NCBI GenBank assembly: GCA_963718915.1
Contig: CAVRAI010000009.1
Span: 240,001 to 272,000, forward strand
Reading direction: 5' to 3'
Length of the DNA: 32,000 nt
From: an uncultured Chloroflexia bacterium
GTDB taxonomy: Bacteria; Chloroflexota; Ktedonobacteria; Ktedonobacterales; JADMIN01
In this document: positions 8,304 to 15,775 of the stretch, piece after piece
Layout of the letters: every line of letters starts with the position of its first letter
How positions within the stretch are numbered: position 1 is the first letter of the stretch
Notes under the pieces: generated by a model
The model's input: the letters and a program-made list of their open reading frames with translations, nothing else
What the model was told of the DNA's origin: nothing
Databases searched by the model: none
Program-made: the position numbers and the translations under genes

Positions 8304-9566
8304 TCAAACAGTCACTCGACCAATGTCACCGACAGTGTTCGCATAGTTATCCCCAGGTGGGGCAAAATACTCCCAGAACCAAAGATTGCCATCAGGGCCG
8401 ACGATCAGATCACTGATGAAAGCTCCAGGTGACGTAATTGTATACTCTGCAATCCGGCCAGTTGGTGTAATGCGCCCAACCTTCTCTTTTGACTCCGCAA
8501 ACCAAAGATTGCCATCCTTCGCGGCAACAAGAGCAATCGGAACCTCGCCGGATGTAGGAATGGTGAATTCATGCACAACGCCATCGGTTGTTATCTGGTC
8601 GATCGCCCTCCGAGATGGGTCAACACACCAGATATTCTTATCAGAACCTACGGTAAATTGGTCCGCGCTGAAGCCTGGCTGGTGTATTTGGACCGCAGAG
8701 ATTTTCCCATTCTGGTCGATCGTAGCCACAGCAACTGTTATTTGACTATTGTTGGTTCTCGTAACAACGTTGAATCCCAAGGCGCCATTAGGGGCTTGCC
8801 ACATCTCACCCACATACGACGATGCAGACGGGAGGTTGAAAAGCTGGATATTACCTCCCGGCGTGATCCTACCAATCGCGCCTCCTGAAGCTTGCTCAAC
8901 GGCGAACCAGATGTCGCCATTATGGCTAGGTGTGAGGTCAAAGACGCTGCAATTACCCCGTGGAATAGCGAACTCCTTTATTCCCCCACTTGGACTTACC
9001 CGTCCAATGCTGCATTGTGTTCCCGGCCCACTGCGCGCATACCACATATTCCCATCGGCGCCAGCGACAAGGTTTCTATACGGTGAGACATCTGGAATAC
9101 CGCGCGTCATTCCAGTATGAGGTATCTCCCATTCCACGATCCGCCCATCAATTCCTACATGCCCAATCGTCTGGCTGGTGGGGAGGCCAAAGCCAAATCT
9201 GGTAGGCACTCCAATGAACCACAGGTTGTCGTCGGAGCCCAGTACTAGCTGAAAAATACTTCGCGAAAGGGATGCGACGTCAATCTGGGTCAAGTGCCCC
9301 GTCTGGGATCTCCATCCCAAATCGCCTTGCGCGGCATACCAGAGATTTCCCGTGCGGTCAAACACGATAGTCGCGTATCCTGCAAACACATTTGCCTGAA
9401 ACTCTTTGATAGTCCCAGGGGGCGTAACGATATTCTGCTTTCTTGAGGCCGCGCCGGAACTGGAGCCCGGCAGTCCTAACGCGCATCCAGAGAGAGCTAT
9501 GGCTAACGCAAACGACCAGATCAAACGGACATACAAGTACCGCACTTGAGAGAAGCGCCTCACCAT
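8304..9566 (-). CDS. Secreted lipoprotein, beta-propeller of the Vgb (virginiamycin B lyase)-like repeat family
   Basis: Signal peptide with lipobox 'LAIALSGCA'. A repeated blade motif recurs at least 6 times: 'GNLWYAAQ', 'DDNLWFIGV', 'DGNMWYARSG...IGRVSPSGGIKEFAIP', 'NGDIWFAVEQASGGAIGRITPGGNIQLFNLP', 'DKNIWCVDPSRRAIDQITTDGVVHEFTIP', 'DGNLWFAESKEKVGRITPTGRIAEYTI', 'DGNLWFWE'. This matches the 'G.lWFtE...nkIGRIT..G.i.Ey.lP' pattern of Vgb-type propellers. GC content is markedly lower than the flanks. Confidence 0.8.
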   Translation of the reverse strand: MVRRFSQVRYLYVRLIWSFALAIALSGCALGLPGSSSGAASRKQNIVTPPGTIKEFQANVFAGYATIVFDRTGNLWYAAQGDLGWRSQTGHLTQIDVASLSRSIFQLVLGSDDNLWFIGVPTRFGFGLPTSQTIGHVGIDGRIVEWEIPHTGMTRGIPDVSPYRNLVAGADGNMWYARSGPGTQCSIGRVSPSGGIKEFAIPRGNCSVFDLTPSHNGDIWFAVEQASGGAIGRITPGGNIQLFNLPSASSYVGEMWQAPNGALGFNVVTRTNNSQITVAVATIDQNGKISAVQIHQPGFSADQFTVGSDKNIWCVDPSRRAIDQITTDGVVHEFTIPTSGEVPIALVAAKDGNLWFAESKEKVGRITPTGRIAEYTITSPGAFISDLIVGPDGNLWFWEYFAPPGDNYANTVGDIGRVTV

Positions 9567-9883
9567 AGTTCACCTCACTCGCACCACAGGAGATCCGGCC
9601 ACCTGGCATTCAGTATACATTCATCGTGCAAGCTGCTTACACGAAGACGCAGATCGTATTGTCACAATGAAACTTGATGTAGCTCAACAATTCAAACGCA
9701 GTCGGTTTGGGGCGCACGTTGCGCGCACAATATTTCATACTTGCTTCGTTACTGTCCATTGTACTTCCCACTCATGTTATACTCGTGGTGCACCTTGCGC
9801 CATGCGTTTTAACGCGTATGCGTGTCAAACGATGAGGTTATAAGCGTCCAACCGCGAGGGAGAACTCACGAAGGAGTTGCGAT

Positions 9884-11095
9884 ATGTCGGAATCGCATGA
9901 AAACATGAGCAATCCCCAAACTGATGCAGATACTATGTCTACGAGTGTTGAGCCACCTCACCCGCAGGTGCAACCTCGGAAGACACGTAAGGGCCGAGGG
10001 CTCCGAATCCTGATCATCTGTCTGCTCATTGTTATTATCTTGGCTACTTGTAGTTTCGGTGGCTATCGCTACGCGGTGCAGCAATATGATCAACTCAGCG
10101 CGTTGGGAGCACAAATGTGCGACAACCTCGAAGCCCACAAGTACGATGTTCTGTATCAGCACTTCTCAGATGGGCTGAAGAGCCAATTTACCAAAGACGA
10201 ATTCATCCGTTATGGCGCAGAAATAGACCGGTTCGAAGGGAACGTTCTAAGTTGCGGCCAATCTGCGGGAAACAACTTCAGCGTTGATTTGGGGCAGCGC
10301 ACCATTAGCGTCGCCTCGCTGGTCAACCGTGACGGCAGTGGTACACATCGCGGTAACGTGCGCTTCCAGTTCACAGGGAATTCCTGGACTGTTGACGGCT
10401 TCGATGTTGGATTCCTTGGGGTCAGCCTTAACGCTCTCAAAGGACTCGACAATCTATGTAGCGCACTAATGGCGAGAGATTATCGCGCTTTCTATCGGTT
10501 GATGGCTCCTGGTCTTCATACCGAAAGCCAACAACTATTCTTGCAAGATGCAACGTTACATCAGCTGATCGATGGTATCGCGCTCGAATGTGCAATTTCC
10601 GACATTGGCAAGTCGAACACCGAAACCACTACGACGCTCAAGGTACACATCAGGCGCGTCGTAGATGAAGTGACCGATACCGTAACTTTTGTAAGTGCTC
10701 CTAAGGGATGGCTGCTGACGGCCTTTGACCAGACGCTACAAGGGCGCGATATCGCGCCTATCGCAGTGATTACTCGATGGTGTAGCGACATCAAGAGCCA
10801 GAACTACACCGATGCTTTCGGGTTGCTCACACCGAAATCGCAGCAAGGATATTCAGCCAAAGCGCTGGGCGCCAAATATTCTGGCAAGGACGGCGATGCT
10901 AAGTGGCTCAACTGCACTGTAGACCCTACCACTTATGTAGGTGACACCAATGTCACGCTGATTGCTCAGGTGCAAGATACAAGCCCGAAGCCGTTTCCGG
11001 GGCTGACCGATGGTGCGCAGTTCGCTCTGACAAAGGAAAACTCGACATGGAAGATAGTAGCTGTATTCATGTGTGCTAATTCTGCTTGCCGCTAA
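9884..11095 (+). CDS. Membrane-anchored hypothetical protein with three tandem ~105-aa Cys-pair domains (NTF2-like/DUF4878-like guess)
   Basis: Cytoplasmic N-terminus with a basic patch (RKTRKGRGLR), followed by a TM segment (ILIICLLIVIILATCSFGG). Three repeats share the pattern C-x2-[LI]-x3-[KDN]-Y-x3-[YF]...C...W: 'MCDNLEAHKYDVLYQHF..LSCGQS..NSWTVDGF', 'LCSALMARDYRAFYRLM..LECAIS..PKGWLLTAF', 'WCSDIKSQNYTDAFGLL..LNCTVD..NSTWKIVAV'. Low GC. Function unknown. Confidence 0.75.
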   Translation: MSESHENMSNPQTDADTMSTSVEPPHPQVQPRKTRKGRGLRILIICLLIVIILATCSFGGYRYAVQQYDQLSALGAQMCDNLEAHKYDVLYQHFSDGLKSQFTKDEFIRYGAEIDRFEGNVLSCGQSAGNNFSVDLGQRTISVASLVNRDGSGTHRGNVRFQFTGNSWTVDGFDVGFLGVSLNALKGLDNLCSALMARDYRAFYRLMAPGLHTESQQLFLQDATLHQLIDGIALECAISDIGKSNTETTTTLKVHIRRVVDEVTDTVTFVSAPKGWLLTAFDQTLQGRDIAPIAVITRWCSDIKSQNYTDAFGLLTPKSQQGYSAKALGAKYSGKDGDAKWLNCTVDPTTYVGDTNVTLIAQVQDTSPKPFPGLTDGAQFALTKENSTWKIVAVFMCANSACR

Positions 11096-11549
11096 TGGTT
11101 TCAGCCGCCAGCCGCTCTGCCTCCCGTTGCTCTCGGCCGGTTGGGCCGGTGGGGATACGGAGAATCGCTTCTGACTGGCCGAGCGCGGCATCATGGGCGC
11201 GAGCGGCATGCTCCAGAAAAGTGTTGGCGGGCAGATCGTCGAGCGCGAAGTAGCGGGCATCGTCGGTCTCGTCCGTCTGGGTGAGCAGCGCGCCGCCTAT
11301 GACGCGACAGACAAACGAGTAGATGACCTCGTCTAACGCGGTCCAGCTATAGAGGCTCGCCAGCCGCACGACCTCGACTTCCAGGCCTGTCTCCTCGCGC
11401 ACCTCACGCACAACCGCCTGCCACGGCGCCTCGCCCGATTCGACACCGCCTCCCGGCAGATTCCAGAAGTCGCAGTCACGGCGGTGGCAGAAGAGAACCT
11501 GTCGCGCTTCATCGAAAATCACCGCATACGCGCCCGCCGCGAATCGCAT
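11076..11549 (-). CDS. NUDIX hydrolase
   Basis: Nudix box 'GGGVESGEAPWQAVVREVREETGLEV'. The ORF extends to 11633. I prefer ATG 11549 (MRFAAGAYAVIFDE...) because the 28-aa extension is compositionally odd and would cover a good plus-strand promoter match at 11616-11644. The 3' end overlaps the convergent gene by 20 nt. Confidence 0.85.
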   Translation of the reverse strand: MRFAAGAYAVIFDEARQVLFCHRRDCDFWNLPGGGVESGEAPWQAVVREVREETGLEVEVVRLASLYSWTALDEVIYSFVCRVIGGALLTQTDETDDARYFALDDLPANTFLEHAARAHDAALGQSEAILRIPTGPTGREQREAERLAAETISGKQN

Positions 11550-11615
11550 ACCTGCCTGCCTTTCTCTTGACCAGCATCCAGCGTCGTTTCTGTGGCCGAC
11601 GAGAGAATCGTACCA

Positions 11616-11644
11616 TTGCCGCCGCGCAGGCAATCTGATATACT
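11616..11644 (+). promoter_or_regulatory. Candidate sigma-70-type promoter for rpsT (TTGCCG-N17-TATACT)
   Basis: -35 TTGCCG at 11616-11621, a 17-nt spacer, and -10 TATACT at 11639-11644. This is about 187 nt upstream of the rpsT ATG. Motif match only. Confidence 0.35.
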
Positions 11645-11745
11645 ATCCCGGTGCTGTGCGCGCGCATGATGAGAGATACCGAGAGCAGATGGCGCACGGC
11701 CTTCATTTTGCCAGAGCATCCCGGCCTACGGCCCGCAGTCGCTCC

Positions 11746-11784
11746 GCGCGCTTAATGCGCGCTCCGAGGCTCACGCCTCGCGCG
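11746..11784 (+). repeat. Dual-hairpin repeat element, copy A (GCGCGC-ttaat-GCGCGC tc CGAGGC-tcac-GCCTCG cgcg)
   Basis: Read directly. Hairpin 1 is 11746-11751 paired with 11757-11762. Hairpin 2 is 11765-11770 paired with 11775-11780. It matches 26798-26836 at 33 of 39 positions, with the same two-hairpin layout. It lies in the putative rpsT leader. Confidence 0.6.
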
Positions 11785-11830
11785 TCTGCACCTGTGTGGC
11801 CGCATCGTATCGCAGGAGGAAAATTCCAGT

Positions 11831-12109
11831 ATGCCGAATCTTCGCTCGGCCAAGAAGCGCATGCGCATCGAAGAAGAGCGCCGCGCCCGCAATGCCTCGG
11901 TGAAATCCACCGTGCGCACCTACATGACCAAAGCCCGCAATGCCATCGCCAGCGACGCCGACGCTCCCGAGACGGAAGAGGCGATTCGCACGGCGATCAG
12001 CAACCTTGATCGCGCCGTGCGCAAGGGCGTGCTGCATCGCAACAACGCCGACCGCCGCAAGTCGCGGCTGATGGCTCGACTGAACAAAGTTCAGGCTGAG
12101 AAGGCCTAG
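11831..12109 (+). CDS. rpsT: 30S ribosomal protein S20
   Basis: MPNLRSAKKRMRIEEERRARNASVKSTVRTYMTKARNAI...AISNLDRAVRKGVLHRNNADRRKSRLMARLNK is an unmistakable S20 sequence. AGGAGG at 11815-11820 lies 10 nt upstream of the ATG. Confidence 0.96.
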   Translation: MPNLRSAKKRMRIEEERRARNASVKSTVRTYMTKARNAIASDADAPETEEAIRTAISNLDRAVRKGVLHRNNADRRKSRLMARLNKVQAEKA

Positions 12110-12162
12110 CAGCTCTCCACTGCGATTCGCTTCTGTGATTCGCTCAGGCAAAATGCAACGCC

Positions 12163-12194
12163 AACGGGGTCCGTCGCGTGCGGACTCCGTTTTG
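12163..12194 (+). terminator. Candidate intrinsic terminator after rpsT
   Basis: Stem aacggggtccg (12163-12173) pairs with cggactccgtt (12181-12191): 11 bp with one G-U pair. The loop is tcgcgtg. The trailing U tract is short (..gtttt overlaps the stem), so this is not a textbook terminator. Confidence 0.45.
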
Positions 12195-12355
12195 CCGCGC
12201 GCTCTTCGTATCCTCGTCTCCGCAAACAGACCTCCAGGCGATTTTTGCAACCACAAGGCCTCCTCGCGCGCTATAGAATGTGGCATATATACTGCATCAC
12301 CTAAGACGAATACTTTCCGGGCGTGCGCCGCCGCGTGCCGAAAGGACTGCCGCTC

Positions 12356-12823
12356 ATGGAGAACGTGGAACGATACAGACCCTGGATCATCGCGGGCGGG
12401 ATTGTGCTTGCCCTCCTCATCATCGCGTTCGTGGTGCTCGCCACCATCTTTGGCTGGTGGCCGGTAGTCGTCGATATCGTGCTGGTGATTACCGCGCTGC
12501 TCAGCCTGATTATGCTCGGCGCGCTGACCTTTGCCACGATTATGCTGATTCGCACGATACGGGGCACGCGCGATGAAATCATGCCCGTGCTGGAATCGCT
12601 GAAAGATACGACCAGCACCGTCCAGGCGACGGCCAAAGCCGCCAGCGCGTTCGCCGTCAAGCCCAGCGTGCGCACCGCCAGCTTCGTCGTCGGCGCGGGC
12701 GAGGTCGCCAGCACGATCTTCGGACGTGGCCGCCCACGCAAACGCGCCGAGCAGCGCCAGCAGCGCCGCAAAGAGATCGAGCGCGAGATGGCGGCGGGAG
12801 GAACCTCCGATGATTCTCGCTGA
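12356..12823 (+). CDS. Hypothetical membrane protein (two TM segments plus helical tail; DUF948-like, tentative)
   Basis: ORF 12323..12823. The start may be GTG 12323 or ATG 12356 (MENVERYRPW). TM segments 'WIIAGGIVLALLIIAFVVLATIF' and 'VVDIVLVITALLSLIMLGALTFATIMLI'. They are followed by 'IRTIRGTRDEIMPVLESLKDTTSTVQATAKAASA' and a basic tail. Coding-like composition, and the opposite strand carries only a shadow ORF. Confidence 0.65.
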   Translation: MENVERYRPWIIAGGIVLALLIIAFVVLATIFGWWPVVVDIVLVITALLSLIMLGALTFATIMLIRTIRGTRDEIMPVLESLKDTTSTVQATAKAASAFAVKPSVRTASFVVGAGEVASTIFGRGRPRKRAEQRQQRRKEIEREMAAGGTSDDSR

Positions 12824-13271
12824 ACCACAATGGCTGCACACACTCGGACAAGCCGCCGGGACGTTGCTCATGCTGGAGTTGTGCTTCGTGCTCCTGCTCG
12901 TCTGCGTCATCGTAGCCGCGCTCGCCTACGGAAGCTGGTGGCTCCATCGCAATGTGATGCCTATACTCAGCCAGTATGGCCCTATGGCGCAACAATATAT
13001 GGGCATCGCCGTCCAGGGGAGTGATCGCGTTGTCGGCGGCGTCGCCGAATTCCAAAGCCGCTGGGAGGCCCTCGCCACAGGCGCGCGCGTCATGATCTTT
13101 GGCACGCGCGGCGCACGACGGCCGCTGCCCCCCATGAGCGCGACGGACGGCGCGGCGGGCACACTCGCGCCGGGGAACACCCCGGCAGCCCCCGCGGTTC
13201 CGAACCTCCCAGCAACGCCTAATCCACCGCAGACCCCACAGCAGAACGGCGCCACTGGGCATGCTGAGTAG
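12810..13271 (+). CDS. Hypothetical membrane protein with Pro-rich C-terminal tail
   Basis: ATG 12810 (MILAEPQWLHTLG...) has GGAGG upstream and overlaps the previous gene by 14 nt. TM segment 'LLMLELCFVLLLVCVIVAALAYGSWW'. Tail 'PAAPAVPNLPATPNPPQTPQQNG'. The longer ORF from 12726 is rejected because its N-terminus is read-through of the upstream gene region. Confidence 0.6.
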   Translation: MILAEPQWLHTLGQAAGTLLMLELCFVLLLVCVIVAALAYGSWWLHRNVMPILSQYGPMAQQYMGIAVQGSDRVVGGVAEFQSRWEALATGARVMIFGTRGARRPLPPMSATDGAAGTLAPGNTPAAPAVPNLPATPNPPQTPQQNGATGHAE

Positions 13272-14631
13272 CATCGTCGATCCATTCCGCGCGCTCACCC
13301 GCAACGCTCAGCTCTATCTCATCTCGAATTCGATTCAGGCGATAACGGCGGGCGCGCTGGTCGTTATCTACACCCTGTACCTCTCGGCGCTCGGCTACAA
13401 TACGAGTTTCATTGGGCTGTTGGCCGTCGTCGGAACTATTGGCGGCGGTCTCGGCATCGTACCCTCACAATGGCTGGTCAACCGCTTTGGCTGGCGCACC
13501 ATGCTCATCTGGTCCGACATGATTGGCGGCGTGGCGATCTTTCTGCAACTGATATTGCCCACACCGCCGCTGCTGATACTCACATCCGTGGCTATCGGCG
13601 CGTCGGTCGCCATCGTGCTCGTCATCAACGCGCCATTCCTGGCCGCCAATAGCACCACCCGCGACCGCACCGCCCTCTATGGGCTGAACAACGCCTTGCA
13701 GTTTCTCGCCTCAATCATCGGGAGCCTGCTCGGCGGCGCGCTACCGGCGTGGTTTGCCTCCCGCGCCATAAGCGACTCTGGGCTGTTACACGCGCTCTCG
13801 CCATTGCTCGCCACAAACCCGCAGGCGCGGGCCTATCAACTGGCGCTGCTGGTTCTGGGCGCGCTGGCTGTCCCATCGATCATCCCGGTCTTGCTCATCC
13901 GCGAACAGCCGCGTGAGCGCGCAAGCGAGCCTAAGGTCGCCCATCCCTGGCGACAGCGGCTGGATAGCTGGCGCGTCCAGCTACGTGTCGGCGTGCGCGG
14001 TGTCATTGGTCGATTCAGCCTCTTTCAGGCGCTGCTGGGCGTTGGCGCGGGCCTCTGGTTCCCCTACTTCAATATCTACGTGGTCAAGCAGTTGGGGCTG
14101 CCCACTCCCTGGTACGGCGCGCTGACCGCCACCGCCACGGTGCTGCTGGCGTTCGCCTCGCTGATCGCCGCACCAGTCTCCAAACGCTTCGGCAAGACGC
14201 CGACGATTGTCATCTTTCATCTCTGCGCGCTGCCATTCCTGGTGCTGATGGGCGCGATTCCCGTGCTACCGGTGGTCTGCCTTGCCTACCTGATACGCAG
14301 CACCCTGGCAAATATTCCTGGCCCGCCCCTGCAATCGTTCCTGATGGAGGCGGTGCCCGAACGCGAGCGCATCGTCGCCAATGGCGTCTATAACGTCAGC
14401 TGGCAGATTGCCTGGGCGCTGGGCGCTTTCGCGGGCGGCCTGATCGTCAACGCTCTGGGCTACCAGGCGCCGATGCTCATCGCGGTGCCATGGTATGGTG
14501 GCGCGGCGCTGCTCTTCGCCTGGTTCTTCTGGCGGGGCGGCCAGCACGCGGGCGAGGTCGATGAGATCGAGAAGCCCCAGGCCGAGACGGACGCACCATT
14601 GCCAACAAGCGAGCTCTTCCGGAGAGATTGA
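13261..14631 (+). CDS. MFS transporter
   Basis: 456 aa with about 12 hydrophobic segments in two halves. MFS-style loop 'VNRFGWRTMLIW' after TM2-3. Overlaps the upstream gene by 11 nt. Confidence 0.85.
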   Translation: MLSSIVDPFRALTRNAQLYLISNSIQAITAGALVVIYTLYLSALGYNTSFIGLLAVVGTIGGGLGIVPSQWLVNRFGWRTMLIWSDMIGGVAIFLQLILPTPPLLILTSVAIGASVAIVLVINAPFLAANSTTRDRTALYGLNNALQFLASIIGSLLGGALPAWFASRAISDSGLLHALSPLLATNPQARAYQLALLVLGALAVPSIIPVLLIREQPRERASEPKVAHPWRQRLDSWRVQLRVGVRGVIGRFSLFQALLGVGAGLWFPYFNIYVVKQLGLPTPWYGALTATATVLLAFASLIAAPVSKRFGKTPTIVIFHLCALPFLVLMGAIPVLPVVCLAYLIRSTLANIPGPPLQSFLMEAVPERERIVANGVYNVSWQIAWALGAFAGGLIVNALGYQAPMLIAVPWYGGAALLFAWFFWRGGQHAGEVDEIEKPQAETDAPLPTSELFRRD

Positions 14632-14632
14632 C

Positions 14633-14652
14633 GCCTGACCTGGATGTCAGGC
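14633..14652 (+). terminator. Hairpin immediately after the MFS stop codon (possible terminator, no U tract)
   Basis: gcctgac (14633-14639) pairs with gtcaggc (14646-14652), with a 6-nt loop. It starts 2 nt after the TGA at 14629-14631. No T run follows. Confidence 0.3.
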
Positions 14653-14660
14653 AGGCGCAC

Positions 14661-14689
14661 TGGACTACCCACCACCCAGCGTGTATAAT
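14661..14689 (+). promoter_or_regulatory. Candidate sigma-70-type promoter for degV (TGGACT-N17-TATAAT)
   Basis: Perfect -10 TATAAT at 14684-14689, -35 TGGACT at 14661-14666, exact 17-nt spacer. About 75 nt upstream of ATG 14764. Motif match only. Confidence 0.4.
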
Positions 14690-14763
14690 CGCCTCTATCA
14701 TCGTCGAATGGTCGCCTGAGGCAGTGCGTTCACGTCAGTGAGCGAGTGGTGAGGTGAAGGACC

Positions 14764-15642
14764 ATGAGCGACTACACACGATCCCCCTGGGCGCATCAGG
14801 GCCCAAATCGCCCGCATGTGCGCATCGTCACCGACAGCGCGTCAGACATCCTTCCGAGCCACGCGCAGGCGATTGGAGCCTTCGTCGTGCCGAGCTGGAT
14901 CGCCATGGATGGCGCATTCCTCCGGGACGGCGTCGATATCTCGGCGTCGCAATTCTACGCGCAACTGCCCCACCTGCGCACGCCGCCACATACTGAGCCA
15001 GCCTCACCTCAGGAGTTCTACCAAATCTATCAAACGGCCTTCCGCCAGGGCGCGACCTCCATCGTCTCGATCCACGTCTCCAGCCGTCTGAGCAAGATTG
15101 TCGAGCATGCGGTGATTGCCAGAGATCACCTGTCGCCCGGCTCGATTGACATCATCGACTCGCTCCAGGCGGGCATTGGCATGTGGCCAGCGGTGATTCG
15201 CGCCGCGCAACTTGCCCGCATGGGCGCGCCGCTACCGGTGATCCACGAGGCCGCCATCTCAATCCTGGCGCGCACGCGGCTCTATGCGCTGGTGGAGTCG
15301 CTCGAACAGCTGCGGCGTAACGGACGTATCGGGCGCGCCAGAGAATTGCTGGGCACCCTGCTCGATGCTCATCCTATTATCACCGTCGAGCAGGGTGAAG
15401 TCACACCAGTTGAGACGGTGCGGACGCGAGCGCGCGGGCTGGCGCGGCTGCGCGAGCTGGTAGAAAACATGGGCGAACTCGAGACGCTGCTCATCTGCGG
15501 CGCCAGCGTCGAGTCGATTGGACAACTGGAGAACGTGCTCGCTGGAACCTACCGCGGCATCATCCAGAAGACCTGGCTGGGGCCTGCCATCGGCTCAAAC
15601 ACAGGCCCATGCGTCGCCGTCGCGCTGGTCACCCGGCAATAA
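14764..15642 (+). CDS. DegV family fatty-acid-binding protein
   Basis: 'VRIVTDSASDILPSHAQAIGAFVVPSWIAMDGAFLRDGVDISASQFYAQL', 'TEPASPQEFYQIY' and 'IVSIHVSSRLSKIVEHAVIA' correspond to the DegV signatures (IvtDS.sDlp; TSqPs.geF; ihiSs.lSGTy.sA). Confidence 0.9.
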   Translation: MSDYTRSPWAHQGPNRPHVRIVTDSASDILPSHAQAIGAFVVPSWIAMDGAFLRDGVDISASQFYAQLPHLRTPPHTEPASPQEFYQIYQTAFRQGATSIVSIHVSSRLSKIVEHAVIARDHLSPGSIDIIDSLQAGIGMWPAVIRAAQLARMGAPLPVIHEAAISILARTRLYALVESLEQLRRNGRIGRARELLGTLLDAHPIITVEQGEVTPVETVRTRARGLARLRELVENMGELETLLICGASVESIGQLENVLAGTYRGIIQKTWLGPAIGSNTGPCVAVALVTRQ

Positions 15643-15775
15643 CATGCCCAACGCTGCCCGAATACGCCCTGCTCCCCGGCGATTGTGGCGCGCTGAAACT
15701 CGCACGCGGCATCCCGCATAGTATGTAGCGGAACTCCTTTCTTGCCGCAGCTGAGTGTATCAGGAGAATCAATCG

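Noticed and set aside
8290-11100. Calling the low-GC islet a mobile element or genomic island
   Set aside because: No integrase, transposase or recombinase gene, no terminal inverted or direct repeats, and no tRNA attachment site could be found. Only the composition anomaly is reported, as a finding.
11771-12910. Long minus-strand ORF (379 aa) spanning rpsT and the next gene
   Set aside because: It is antisense to an unmistakable S20 gene and to a membrane-protein gene. Its translation is Arg/Ala/Gly/His-rich low-complexity sequence typical of shadow ORFs in high-GC DNA. No RBS or domain motif.
15696-15735. Promoter motifs upstream of the second ECF sigma gene (TGAAAC...TAGTAT; GGAAC at 15731-15735)
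   Set aside because: The spacing and hexamer matches are weak, and I could not pair the GGAAC with a convincing CGT-type -10 element. This is too speculative to list as a feature.
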